Positions 28,707 to 38,501 of a stretch of 53,169 nt of DNA are shown in pieces. The stretch lies in the NCBI GenBank assembly GCA_040005235.1, contig JBDTZG010000038.1, forward strand, positions 1 through 53,169, in the 5' to 3' direction. Both the position numbers and the translations under genes were made by a program. Within the stretch, counting starts at the first letter, position 1; every line of letters starts with the position of its first letter. This DNA is from Acidobacteriota bacterium (GTDB lineage: Bacteria; Acidobacteriota; Thermoanaerobaculia; Multivoradales; UBA5704). The notes under the pieces were generated by a model. That model did not search any database. It was not told the origin of the DNA and worked only from the letters and a program-made list of their open reading frames with translations.

Positions 28707-29160
28707 CCGTGCACAGGCCCTCGCGGTCGAAGGTGTTGGGTTTCGTTTCGGCGCAGCACGGTTTCTGGACGCAGTCGCTGCCCAAGCGGACGCTCTCGAC
28801 CACCTTGCCTTTCAGCCAGCGGGCGAGATCGCCGAGCGCCATCGTTTCGGTGCCCGAGCAGCCGAGCCGGACGATCATCGGCAGGTTCAAGCCCGCGAGA
28901 ACCTCGACCCGCTCCGGCGTCAGTTGGGACATGGCGATCCGCGCGGGCGTGCCGCCGAACAGGTCGGTCAAGACGAGCACTCCATCCCCTTGGTCGGCGT
29001 CCGCGATCGCGGCGCGGAGCCGTTCAGAGGAGCGGGTCGGATCTTCATCCCAGTCGAGCGAGATCTCGTCCACACCCGCGGGCCGGCCGAGAATCTTCTC
29101 CGCGGCCGCGAGGAGCTGGTGACCCCACTCCCCTTGCGTGACCATCAATCTTCCTACCAT
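28699..29160 (-). CDS. PTS EIIA mannose/fructose-type domain protein
   Basis: VLVLTDLFGGTP, GLNLPM; N-terminal VTQG instead of VTHG. Confidence 0.85.
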   Translation of the reverse strand: MVGRLMVTQGEWGHQLLAAAEKILGRPAGVDEISLDWDEDPTRSSERLRAAIADADQGDGVLVLTDLFGGTPARIAMSQLTPERVEVLAGLNLPMIVRLGCSGTETMALGDLARWLKGKVVESVRLGSDCVQKPCCAETKPNTFDREGLCTDD

Positions 29161-29253
29161 GGAAGGTGCCTCTGCTGGATGCCTCTTGCGGTGAAATGGG
29201 CCCTTCAGTCGCTCGAACGCGGACCTTGCCGGCCGCGACTCCACCGCGCGGAT

Positions 29254-30183
29254 CTATTTCCCGATATCGCGGTGAATCACGCGGGCCGGAAAGCCCAGCT
29301 CCTCAAGCTTGCCCCGAAGCTTCTCACAGACCGCGACCGAACGGTGCCTGCCGCCCGTACAACCGACGGCTACCGAGAGATAACTGCGGTTTTCGTTGCG
29401 GTATTTCGGCATCAGGAAGCCGAGGAGATCGGCCAGCCGGTCGACCAGCTCGGCGTAGTCGGCTTGGGCTTCGAGGTAGGCGACGATCTCGTCGTCCTGG
29501 CCGGTCTTCTCGCGCAGGCCGGGAACGAAGTGCGGATTGGGCAGGAAACGGACGTCGAACAGCAGGTCGGTGCCATACGGGATGCCGCGCTTGAAGCCGA
29601 AACTGATCAGGTTGACGGCCATCCCCGGCTCGACCCCGAAAGAGAATTCGCGAAAGATCTGACTGCGGATCTCGTGGATCGTCAGCTCGCTGGAGTCGAG
29701 CACCCGGTCGGCCAGGGCGCGCAGCTCGGCGAGCAGGTCGCGTTCGTGGCGAATCCCCTCGATCGCCGCGCCCTCTCCGGCGAGCGGATGCGGCCGGCGG
29801 CTCTCGGAAAAGCGCCGCACCAGCACCTCGTCGGACGCTTCGAGGAACAACAGCGTCGGCTCGATCTTGGTCCGGTCGATCTCGCGGATCAGCCGCGGCA
29901 GCTCCTCGGCGAACCCCGGCGCCCGAACGTCGGTGACGACCGCGATCCGGTCGTGCCCCGGGACGTTTTCCGCCGGATGGGCGAGGAACTGCTGAAGGAG
30001 AGGCAACGGCAGGTTGTCGACCGTGTAGTAGTCGAGATCTTCGAAACCCCGGGCGACGACGCTTTTGCCCGAACCGGACAGGCCGGTGATCAGGACCAGA
30101 CGCACCCGCTCCGATCGCGGTGTTTCCGGGACCGGCGGTGTTTCCGGAGTCCCGGCGGGCGAATCGGAATCAGCGGCGGCCAC
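29254..30183 (-). CDS. rapZ: RNase adapter RapZ (YhbJ/YvcJ)
   Basis: TGLSGSGKS, VDNLP, SFGFK, DVRFLPNP, GCTGGRHRS. Confidence 0.95.
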   Translation of the reverse strand: MAAADSDSPAGTPETPPVPETPRSERVRLVLITGLSGSGKSVVARGFEDLDYYTVDNLPLPLLQQFLAHPAENVPGHDRIAVVTDVRAPGFAEELPRLIREIDRTKIEPTLLFLEASDEVLVRRFSESRRPHPLAGEGAAIEGIRHERDLLAELRALADRVLDSSELTIHEIRSQIFREFSFGVEPGMAVNLISFGFKRGIPYGTDLLFDVRFLPNPHFVPGLREKTGQDDEIVAYLEAQADYAELVDRLADLLGFLMPKYRNENRSYLSVAVGCTGGRHRSVAVCEKLRGKLEELGFPARVIHRDIGK

Positions 30184-31138
30184 GGTTTCGTTCGATCTCC
30201 GCTTCGAGCTTGCGGACGAACTCGCGGGCCGAGTGGTGCCCTTGGAGCTTGAGCACGTGGTTTCTCGCCGCGATCTCGACCAGGACGCTGACGTTGCGGC
30301 CGAGCGCCACGGGCATCCGAATGTAGGGGCAGGGCGTGTCGAGGATGTGGTAGACCGATTCGTCGAGCCCGAGGCGATCGTAGGTGCGGCCATCCACCCA
30401 GGGTTCGAGCTCGATCACCAGATCGATGTTCGCCCGCTCGCGCACCGAAGCGAGGCCGAACAGGTCTTGGACGTTGATGATCCCCAGGCCGCGCAGCTCC
30501 ATGTGGTGGCGTACGGGACCGGTGGAAAATCCCGCGAGGTCGCCGTTGGGGAAGCGCTTGACGGTCACCCGGTCGTCCGCCACCAGGCTGTGCCCCCGGG
30601 TGATCAGGTCGAGAGCCGATTCGCTTTTGCCCACGCCGCTCTCACCGATCAGCAATACGCCAAGCCCGTAGATCGACAGCAGCACGCCGTGCAGCGAGGT
30701 CGACGGCACCAGGTGCTCTTCGAGGAAGAAGCTGATCCCTTTGATCACGGTGGACGAGAGCGCGGTCGACGAGAGGACCGGCACCTCGCGCGCCTGGCAA
30801 TAAGAGAGGAAGCCGGGCAGCGGCGAGATGCCCTTGGTCAGCACGAACACCGGTACCGGAAGAGCGGTGATGTTCTCGAACCGCTCCCGGCGCTCGGCCT
30901 CCGAAAGGGTCGATAGGTACTCGGTTTCGCTTTCGCCGACGATCTGCACCCTGCCCGGTTTGATGTAGGCGTAGTACCCGGCGAAGGCCAAGCCCGGTTT
31001 CTGCACCCTGGGGTGGCTGATCTTGTTGTCCAGATGGGACTGGCCCGAGAGGACCCGCAGGTGCAGGTCGAGCAGCTCTTCGCCGAGCAGCTCGCGAACT
31101 TCGACCGCGCCGGAAGCGGAAATGGCGCCGGTCTCCAC
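30170..31138 (-). CDS. hprK: HPr kinase/phosphorylase
   Basis: GESGVGKSE, LVADD, ELRGLGII. Confidence 0.95.
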   Translation of the reverse strand: METGAISASGAVEVRELLGEELLDLHLRVLSGQSHLDNKISHPRVQKPGLAFAGYYAYIKPGRVQIVGESETEYLSTLSEAERRERFENITALPVPVFVLTKGISPLPGFLSYCQAREVPVLSSTALSSTVIKGISFFLEEHLVPSTSLHGVLLSIYGLGVLLIGESGVGKSESALDLITRGHSLVADDRVTVKRFPNGDLAGFSTGPVRHHMELRGLGIINVQDLFGLASVRERANIDLVIELEPWVDGRTYDRLGLDESVYHILDTPCPYIRMPVALGRNVSVLVEIAARNHVLKLQGHHSAREFVRKLEAEIERNRGRR

Positions 31139-31140
31139 GA

Positions 31141-31599
31141 TCAGCTCTCCCCTTCGAACAGCGCGAAGATCGCGGCAGGCGATCCGGCGGCCAGGACCTG
31201 CTCGATCCGGCCGGGCGCCCGCACCCAGCGCGAGATCGCTGCAAGCACCTGGAGATGCTCGGCCGGCGATTGGCTGGGTGAAACGACCAGGAAGAACAGG
31301 CGGACCGGCAGGGCGTCGACGGCGCGGAATTCGATTCCCCCGGGAGCGATGCCGATCGCGAGGATGGCGCGGGAGAGACCGGCGAGCTTGCAGTGAGGAA
31401 TCGCCACTCCCCCGCCGACTCCCGTCGAGCCGAGCGCTTCGCGTTCGGCCAGGCGGGCGGCAAGCTCGCGGGCGTCCGGAACGGCTCCGGCGGCCGCCAG
31501 GCGCGCCGCCAGCTCGTCGAGCACATTTTGCTGCGAGCGTCCGCCGGCCCCTAGATCCGGAAAGATCAGCTCCGGGCGGGTGAGAGTCGCGAGTTGCAT
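31141..31599 (-). CDS. ptsN: PTS EIIA (Ntr-type)
   Basis: REALGSTG…VAIPHC; rpoN operon context. Confidence 0.9.
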   Translation of the reverse strand: MQLATLTRPELIFPDLGAGGRSQQNVLDELAARLAAAGAVPDARELAARLAEREALGSTGVGGGVAIPHCKLAGLSRAILAIGIAPGGIEFRAVDALPVRLFFLVVSPSQSPAEHLQVLAAISRWVRAPGRIEQVLAAGSPAAIFALFEGES

Positions 31600-31607
31600 G
31601 CCCTCGC

Positions 31608-32150
31608 CTAGAACTCGGGGGCGATCAAGCCGAAGTTCTGATCTTTGCGCTTGTACAGAACCGAGACCCGTTCGGTCGCCGCATCGAGGAAGACCACGAA
31701 CTCGCTACGCGAATCGCCGAGCTTTTGCGCCGCCTCCTCAAGCGTCATCGGCTTGATCTCCAGGCGGCTCGACTTGATCACCCGCGGGCCGGCGTCATCG
31801 GCAAGCGTTCCGGCTTCCAGCACCTCGACCGGCCAATGGTTCGCTGACGCCTCGCGCCGTCGGCGATCGATCCGCCGCGTCTTGTCGCGCTCGGCCTGGC
31901 GCTCGGCTTTCGTCACCACCTCGCCGATCGCTTCGAACATGTTGTCGTCGCTGCTCTCCTCGGCCTGGATCGAGCCGTGCCGATGATGGAGATGGAGGTC
32001 GGCGACGAACTTTCGCTTCTCGGCCGACAGCGTCACCCGCGCGTCGATCGGTTCATCGAGCACTCTGCCCAGCTTTTGCAGCTTCTCGGTGACCAGCTCG
32101 CGGACTCGATCGTCGATGGCGTAGTTGCGCCCGTTGTATTCGATATTCAT
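31608..32150 (-). CDS. hpf: Ribosome hibernation factor (long HPF)
   Basis: S30AE N-domain plus KPMTLEEA…FVVF…VLYKR C-domain. Confidence 0.9.
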   Translation of the reverse strand: MNIEYNGRNYAIDDRVRELVTEKLQKLGRVLDEPIDARVTLSAEKRKFVADLHLHHRHGSIQAEESSDDNMFEAIGEVVTKAERQAERDKTRRIDRRRREASANHWPVEVLEAGTLADDAGPRVIKSSRLEIKPMTLEEAAQKLGDSRSEFVVFLDAATERVSVLYKRKDQNFGLIAPEF

Positions 32151-32189
32151 CGCGACCCCCCTCATCCGTAGAAGGCGTTATACCCCTGC

Positions 32190-33788
32190 TCAGAAGATCT
32201 GTTTGCGGTCGTTCGAAGACGGGATGTGCAGCTCGTCCCGATATTTGGCTACGGTGCGGCGGGCGATCTGGATTCCCTCGCGGTTCAGGATCCGCATCAG
32301 CTCGCTGTCCGAGAGCGGCTGGCGCGGATCCTCGGCGCCGATCATCTGCTCGATCTTGCGCTTGACCGTGAGCGACGAGATGTTGTCGCCGTAATCCCGG
32401 TCGATGCCGCTGTGGAAGAAGAACTTGAGCGGGAACAGACCGCGCGGCGTATGGATGTACTTGTTGGACACCACCCGCGAGACCGTCGACTCGTGCATCG
32501 AAATGTCTTCGGCGACGTCGCGCAACACCATCGGCCGCAGGTAGTCCAGCCCCTGGTCGAGGAAGTCCTGCTGTTGGCGGATGATCGACGCGGCGACCTT
32601 ATAGATGGTCCGCTGCCGTTGGTCGAGGCTCTTGATCAGCCAGACCGCCGAGCGCATTTTGTCTTTGATGAAGCTCTGCGCCTCGGCCTGCTGCCCTTCG
32701 TTGCGCATCTTGGCGAGCATCCGCCGGTAGGCGCGCGAGACGCGCAGCCGCGGCAGGCCGTCGTCGTTGAGCTGGATCACGTACTCGTCGCCTACTCTGC
32801 GCACGAACACGTCGGGCTCGATGTAGTGCACCCGCTCGTTCGAGAACTGGCGGCCCGGGCAGGTTTCAAGTGTCCGGATCAGCTCGATCGCCGGCTCCAG
32901 ATCCGCCAGCTCGATACTCAATTTCTTCGCCACCAGCGGGAACTGCCGACGCAGGAAGAGGTCCCAGGCCTCGGCGATCACCCGGCGCGCGAGCGCCTCG
33001 TCCGGGTGCGCTCCGTTCTCGGGGTTTTCCCGCGCGCGGCGCTGGGCTTGATGGTCGAGCTGCAGCTCCAGGCTCTCGCGCAGGTTGGCGCAGGCGATGC
33101 CCGGCGGGTCGAAGCTGCGCACCAGGGCGAGCGCTCCCCGGACGGCTTCGAGCGAATAGCGCTGCCCGGCCGAGGTTCCGCCTTCCCCGCTCTCGGTGCT
33201 CTGGGGGATCTCGGGGATCTCAGGGGGTTCAGGTTTCTCGGGGTGCGCAGAGATCTCGGGGATCTCCGGCAGATCGTCCCCCATGGCGCGGATCTCTTCG
33301 ACCGTCGCGACCAGGAAGCCGTCGGCGTCCAGATTGCCGATGATCAGCTCGCCGATTTCTCTTTGGAGCGGCGTGCACTCCCCCATGTGGAGCTGCCAGA
33401 GCAGATGGTCGTAGAGGTCGCCTTCGCGCGACAGGCTGTTTTCGAGCGGCGAGGCCTCGCGCGTCTCGATCATCGACGGCTCGTAGGAGGAGTCCCATTC
33501 GTCGCCGAAGTAGGCGTCGAGATCGATGTTGTCCATCGACTCCCGATGGTCGATCACGTCGTCGTTGGCGGCGGCCGGCTCTTCCTTGAGCGTCAGGTGC
33601 TCCTCTTCCTCTTCGACCTCCGGGCTTTCGCTCGCCTCTTCGAGCACCGGATTCTCAACCAGCTCCTGGGCGAGAACGGTCTCCAATTCCATGCGCGTCA
33701 TCTGCAGCAGCTTGATCGCCTGCTGCAATGAAGGCGTCATCACCAGCTTTTGGGACAGCTTGAGCGAGAGTCGTTGCTCGAGGGCCAT
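32190..33788 (-). CDS. rpoN: RNA polymerase sigma-54
   Basis: LQQAIKLLQ, HESTVSR, RpoN box ARRTVAKYR. Confidence 0.98.
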   Translation of the reverse strand: MALEQRLSLKLSQKLVMTPSLQQAIKLLQMTRMELETVLAQELVENPVLEEASESPEVEEEEEHLTLKEEPAAANDDVIDHRESMDNIDLDAYFGDEWDSSYEPSMIETREASPLENSLSREGDLYDHLLWQLHMGECTPLQREIGELIIGNLDADGFLVATVEEIRAMGDDLPEIPEISAHPEKPEPPEIPEIPQSTESGEGGTSAGQRYSLEAVRGALALVRSFDPPGIACANLRESLELQLDHQAQRRARENPENGAHPDEALARRVIAEAWDLFLRRQFPLVAKKLSIELADLEPAIELIRTLETCPGRQFSNERVHYIEPDVFVRRVGDEYVIQLNDDGLPRLRVSRAYRRMLAKMRNEGQQAEAQSFIKDKMRSAVWLIKSLDQRQRTIYKVAASIIRQQQDFLDQGLDYLRPMVLRDVAEDISMHESTVSRVVSNKYIHTPRGLFPLKFFFHSGIDRDYGDNISSLTVKRKIEQMIGAEDPRQPLSDSELMRILNREGIQIARRTVAKYRDELHIPSSNDRKQIF

Positions 33789-33799
33789 ATCTTGACGAC

Positions 33800-34576
33800 C
33801 TAGAGAGAGAAGTCCTCACCCAGATAGATCTTGCGCACCTGTGGATCGGAGGCAAGCTCCTTGGGTGTGCCCGACTTCAAGATGGACCCGTTGTTGATGA
33901 TGTACGCCCGGTCGGTGATTTTCAGAGTCTCGCGGACGTTGTGGTCGGTGATCAGCACTCCGATGCCCATCTTCTTCAGATGCCGGACGATCCGCTGGAT
34001 GTCGATGACCGCGATTGGGTCGATGCCGGCAAAGGGTTCGTCGAGCAGGATATACCAGGGGCTGATGACCAGCGCGCGGGCGATCTCCACCCGCCGCCGC
34101 TCGCCCCCCGAAAGGGTGAATCCTTTGCTCTTCCTGACCTTGCCGAGGCCGAAATCGGCGATTAGCTGATCGATGCGCCGCTCCTGCTCGGCATGCGAGA
34201 GATCGAGCGTCTCGAACACCGCCCGCAGGTTGTTCTCCACCGTCATCTTGCGAAAGATCGACGGCTCCTGGGGCAGGTAGCTGATCCCGCGCTGGGCGCG
34301 CAGGTACATCGGCAGCTCGGTGATGTCGTCCTCGCCGAGGAAGACCGAGCCGTCGTCGGGCGGCGTCAAGCCCACCACCATGTAGAAGGTCGTCGTCTTG
34401 CCCGCGCCGTTCGGACCCAAGAGGCCGACGATCTCGCCGGGGCCCACGTCGATCGACACGTCCGCGACCACCGCGCGGCCGCGATAGACCTTGCGCAGAT
34501 TGGCGGTCGAAAGCGTCTGCGGCTGATCGCCGTTCGCCTCCCGGTGGGGATCACGATGGTTGGTGGTTTCGGTCAT
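33800..34576 (-). CDS. lptB: LPS export ABC ATPase
   Basis: [43 protein letters not shown]. Confidence 0.97.
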   Translation of the reverse strand: MTETTNHRDPHREANGDQPQTLSTANLRKVYRGRAVVADVSIDVGPGEIVGLLGPNGAGKTTTFYMVVGLTPPDDGSVFLGEDDITELPMYLRAQRGISYLPQEPSIFRKMTVENNLRAVFETLDLSHAEQERRIDQLIADFGLGKVRKSKGFTLSGGERRRVEIARALVISPWYILLDEPFAGIDPIAVIDIQRIVRHLKKMGIGVLITDHNVRETLKITDRAYIINNGSILKSGTPKELASDPQVRKIYLGEDFSL

Positions 34577-36684
34577 CGGCTCCCCTCGCGGCCGGTGGGC
34601 GGTTTCGTCGGTGGCGGGATCGGCTTCGCAGCGGCGGGCGGGGTGGGCGGAGCGGCCGGACCTGCGGGAGCCGCCGCGGGAGGTGCCGCGATCCCCGACT
34701 TGCCCTTGATCTCGACCTTGCCGCCATCGATGAAGTAGACCACCTGTCCGCCCTGGATCTGGTTGCCGTCTTTGTCGCGCATTTTGACCGGCGCCCCGGT
34801 AGTGCCGGAAAAGTCGATCTGCCGGGCATCGACCGAGTAAATCGCGCGCTCGCCGTTGATCGTTTTACCGGTCTTCGGGTCGGCCAGGCGGGCGTCGCCA
34901 GTGCAGACCATCTTCTCCGCCTTCTTGTCTTCCTTGAGGTCGACTTCCAAATTCTTGCACGCGAGCGTCCGCGCCGTCTGAATCACCCGGACGCCGCCGC
35001 TGTATTCCAGCTTTCGCCCGCTCTGGCTGTAGACCATTTCGGGCGCCACCACCTCGATCGGCTCCTGCGGCTTGCCCGAGGATTTGTCCTCGTCTTCGGG
35101 GATCCAAAGCGTTTTCACACTCCCCTTGGCGTAAAGCCGGTCCTCCGTCTTGTCGCCGCGCAGCTCGTCGGCGAGCAGAAGGTCCTTGCCGCGCCAGGCG
35201 CGGACCGCGCCGCGGAACAGGAACGACTGCGGATTGGTGCGATAGAACGCTTCGCGCGCATCGACCCAGACCGGTCCTTTCCCTGAGCCGAGGGCCGATC
35301 CGGCGAGCCCCGCCTCTTGGGTCTGCGTGAGCAAGGCCCGCACTCCGCCGTCCGCCCGCAGGAGGCCGTTCTTCTTTTCCCATACGACGTGCGGCCCGGT
35401 CATCCGGCCGCGCTCGCTCTCCGCTTCGACCGGGGCGCCGTAGAACTCCCCCTGGCCGGAGTCGAGCTGCAGCACCGCCCGGTCGCCCTTCGCCTTGGTC
35501 TTGCCGTCGGTGAAACGAACGTCCTGGCGCAGGATCGCCTCGGCCAACTGGCCGCCGGGGCCGAAATTGGCGAGCACGCCCAGCGCATGCGCCGTGCGGG
35601 CGGGGACGGGAGGCTGACCTTTCTTCGTCGCGAGCGTCTCGATCAGATCGACGCCGGTGACACCTCGGGCGGTCTTCATCACCCCGTTGATCATCCGCCC
35701 TTCCAGGCGCCGCGCCGTCAGCTTGCGGGTGAGCCCGGAACCGCTGGAAATCAGGGTGGCCGGTTCGAGCGGGGTTCCTTCGAGCTCGATCTCGCGCGCC
35801 GTCGCCTCCTGCGGCGGGGTGAGCATGCCGAGCGTCTTGCCGGAAAAGTCGACACGCGCGCCGCCCGGCTGGTCGCTATGGCCGGCGAGCGAGCCCGAGA
35901 CGTTGAGCACGGCGCGAATGAAAACCGCGCTCCGCTCGTCGGGCCCCAAGAAGGTGTTGATGATTTGCGCGGTCATCCGGTCGGCGCCGCGTTGCAGCTG
36001 GACTCTTCCCTCGGAGCGCAGACGCCGGCTGTTCCGCTCGTAGACCACCCGGTCGGCGCGCAGAGCGACGGCGGGGACGACGCCGGGCAGGCTGTGCAGC
36101 TCGACGTTGCCGACCAGGATGTACATCTCCCGTTCGAGGTGAATCCGCATCAGATCGGAGCGCACCTTGTACTGAGCTCCGCCGGGGGCGAGGTACCCGA
36201 TGTCCACCGGTTCGACGCTCGCGAGGATCTTGCCGCGATCCTGAAGCAGCAGGACCGGGGTTCGTAGCGTCAGCCCGTCGGGTCCGCGCAGCCGGACGTC
36301 CCCTTCGAGCCGCCCTTCGTTTTGCAAGCGGTTGAAGCTCGCGGTCTGGCTCTCGACCTCGTAGCCCCGCCCGAGCTTGTCGTACAGGGTAAGCCCCACC
36401 TTATCTAGATAGATGGTGTCCTGCCGGTCGGCTTTGACTCCCGCTCCGCGGATGCGGAACAGCGGCTTTTCCCCTTCGGTGAAGGTGTAGTCGAAGTCTT
36501 CGCCGATCAGCGCCAGGTTCTCGGTCTTGTCGGGCAGGTTCGATCCCGTCCGCGGCTTCGGTTTCGCCGCCTCTTGCCCTGCGCGGCCGAACCAGAATAG
36601 CCCCGCCAGCGCCACCACGCCAAAGACGAGCAGTACCAGAAGGACCCGGCGGATCCAGGCCACGGGAGATCGAAGCTTCGCCAT
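34573..36684 (-). CDS. lptC: LptC/LptA(OstA)-like multi-jellyroll periplasmic protein
   Basis: N-terminal TM anchor, repeated beta-rich segments (…GDVRL, …GGVRV), directly upstream of lptB. Confidence 0.75.
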   Translation of the reverse strand: MAKLRSPVAWIRRVLLVLLVFGVVALAGLFWFGRAGQEAAKPKPRTGSNLPDKTENLALIGEDFDYTFTEGEKPLFRIRGAGVKADRQDTIYLDKVGLTLYDKLGRGYEVESQTASFNRLQNEGRLEGDVRLRGPDGLTLRTPVLLLQDRGKILASVEPVDIGYLAPGGAQYKVRSDLMRIHLEREMYILVGNVELHSLPGVVPAVALRADRVVYERNSRRLRSEGRVQLQRGADRMTAQIINTFLGPDERSAVFIRAVLNVSGSLAGHSDQPGGARVDFSGKTLGMLTPPQEATAREIELEGTPLEPATLISSGSGLTRKLTARRLEGRMINGVMKTARGVTGVDLIETLATKKGQPPVPARTAHALGVLANFGPGGQLAEAILRQDVRFTDGKTKAKGDRAVLQLDSGQGEFYGAPVEAESERGRMTGPHVVWEKKNGLLRADGGVRALLTQTQEAGLAGSALGSGKGPVWVDAREAFYRTNPQSFLFRGAVRAWRGKDLLLADELRGDKTEDRLYAKGSVKTLWIPEDEDKSSGKPQEPIEVVAPEMVYSQSGRKLEYSGGVRVIQTARTLACKNLEVDLKEDKKAEKMVCTGDARLADPKTGKTINGERAIYSVDARQIDFSGTTGAPVKMRDKDGNQIQGGQVVYFIDGGKVEIKGKSGIAAPPAAAPAGPAAPPTPPAAAKPIPPPTKPPTGREGSR

Positions 36685-36759
36685 GCGTGGTTCATTCTAC
36701 GTGTTGGCACACCAATTGAAAGGACTTGACTTCCGGCTCCCTCCCACGACTGAGTTTTA

Positions 36760-36809
36760 GTAGGGGCGGAGCTTGCCTCCGCCCGGTGGCAGGCAAGCTG
36801 CCTCCCTAC
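36760..36809. repeat. Inverted pair of GTAG-type REP palindromes (REPIN-like)
   Basis: GTAGGGGCGGAGCTTGCCTCCGCCC (36760-36784) and, on the minus strand, GTAGGGAGGCAGCTTGCCTGCC (36809-36788). Confidence 0.7.
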
Positions 36810-38449
36810 AACGTCGGTGCCGGCCGGGCGTCGATCAGGCGCAGGACCGGCTCCCCCAGAAACCGATCGAGATCGAGCGTCCCGAGCACCTCGAAACGCC
36901 CCGAGAGGTCATCCGCGCGCGTTTGCCAGCCCCAGCCCACCAGGTTGATCGATCCACCGTCGATGCCGCGGGCGCGGGCCGAGAGGTGCTCCGTGCCGAA
37001 ACATCGCGGCGGACCGGCCAGCTGCAACGGACCGACCCGGAGGACCGGCTGGGGATTTCCTTGGCCGAATGGGGCGAGACGCTCGTGGGCCTTGAGATAG
37101 GCGAGGTCGATCTCCCGGGGCTCAGCTTCCAGCTCATAGGAATAGCTGCGCAACAGCAGGTCGGGAGCGAACGCGCCGGCCGCCGCCTCTTCCCACTCTT
37201 CGCGCAGAGCGGGCAGGCATCCAAGGTCGGCGGAGAGACCGAGAGCCTGGGCATGTCCACCAAATCGAATCAGCCGCTCTTTCCAAAGAGCCAGGAAGCC
37301 ATGGAGCGCAATCCCCGGAACGCTCCGTCCCGATCCGGTCGCCGTCTCCCCCTCGACTGCCAGCAGCAGCGTCGGACGATTCCAGATCCGGGCGATCCGC
37401 CCGGCGGCGATGCCGACGACGCCGCGGTGCCACTCCGGGTTCCAGAGCGTGAACATGGCCGGGAGCCCGCCGAGATGTTCCACCCGCTCCTGCGCCTGGG
37501 CCTGCGCCTGCTCGACGACCCGCGCCTCTTCGGTCTGGCGTTCCCGATTCCAAACGTCGAGCTGGCCGGCCAATTCGATCGCGCGCTTTTCGTCGCGCGA
37601 CATCAGGATTTCCAGTGCCGGGTCCGCTTCGGCCAGCCGTCCGGCGGCGTTCAAGCGAGGGCCGATGCGGAATCCGATGTCCGACGCCGAATAGGGCGGT
37701 TTCATCCCGGCCTGGCGGATCAGCGCCTTCAAACCTACGGAGCGCGAGGTTTCGAGCGCTTTCAATCCGAGCGCCGCAATCACCCGGTTCTCGCCGCGGA
37801 GCGGCACCAGGTCGGCGATCGTGCCGAGGCAGGCGATCCGCAGCAGGGCATCGGTCGGGAGGGTTCGTCCGAGCCGCTCCCCCAAGGCGAGCGAAAGCTT
37901 GAGTGCGATGCCGGCCGCCGCGAGATCCGGAAAAGGATAGTCGCAGCCGGCTTGGCGCGGGTTGATTTGGAGAGTTCCGGCCGGCAGCGGCCCGCCCGGC
38001 AAATGGTGGTCGGTCACCACGACGTCGAGCCCCGCCTCCCCCGCCGCCTCGATCGCCGGGATCGACGAGCTGCCGCAGTCGGCGGTGACGATCAGGGCAC
38101 AACCTGCTTCTCTCGCGCGTTCGACGTGGACCGGCTGAAAGCCGTAGCCGTCGCGCATCCGGTGCGGCAGGATCGCCTGGGCCTCGATGCCGCAGGCTGA
38201 AAACACCGCGAGCAGCTGGGCGGTCGCGGTGACCCCGTCGACGTCGTAATCGCCGACGATCGCGATCTTTTGCTTCGCCTCCCGCGCGGCGACCAGCCGA
38301 TCGACCGATTCGGCCATGCCGGAGAGGAGCAGCGGGTCGTGGAGCTGGTCGAGCGAGGGGGAGAGAAAACGTTCCGCCGCGGCCGGGTCGGTGGCGCCGC
38401 GGCGGGCGAGGAGGGCGGCGAAACCGGGGGGATGACCGGCCGCGATCAG
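36806..38449 (-). CDS. recJ: ssDNA-specific exonuclease RecJ (start uncertain)
   Basis: GDYDVDG, TADCG, TDHH, GTIAD, GPRLNAAGR, GSGRS, GGH. The conserved N-terminal LARRG…LHDP lies upstream of the first ATG (38317). Confidence 0.93.
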   Translation of the reverse strand: MIAAGHPPGFAALLARRGATDPAAAERFLSPSLDQLHDPLLLSGMAESVDRLVAAREAKQKIAIVGDYDVDGVTATAQLLAVFSACGIEAQAILPHRMRDGYGFQPVHVERAREAGCALIVTADCGSSSIPAIEAAGEAGLDVVVTDHHLPGGPLPAGTLQINPRQAGCDYPFPDLAAAGIALKLSLALGERLGRTLPTDALLRIACLGTIADLVPLRGENRVIAALGLKALETSRSVGLKALIRQAGMKPPYSASDIGFRIGPRLNAAGRLAEADPALEILMSRDEKRAIELAGQLDVWNRERQTEEARVVEQAQAQAQERVEHLGGLPAMFTLWNPEWHRGVVGIAAGRIARIWNRPTLLLAVEGETATGSGRSVPGIALHGFLALWKERLIRFGGHAQALGLSADLGCLPALREEWEEAAAGAFAPDLLLRSYSYELEAEPREIDLAYLKAHERLAPFGQGNPQPVLRVGPLQLAGPPRCFGTEHLSARARGIDGGSINLVGWGWQTRADDLSGRFEVLGTLDLDRFLGEPVLRLIDARPAPTL

Positions 38450-38501
38450 CTCGTCGAGGCCGGGCGGTGCGGGCTCGGCGACCCAGGCCGCCGCCCGCTC
38501 C

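Noticed and set aside
28180-30252. 690-aa plus-strand ORF and other long antisense ORFs (165..1370, 32226..33731, 36773..38200, 12446..13699)
   Set aside because: Shadow ORFs opposite well-supported genes, as expected in high-GC DNA.
33190-33280. PEIPEI repeats within rpoN
   Set aside because: Low-complexity in-frame linker expansion; no intein or mobile-element hallmarks.
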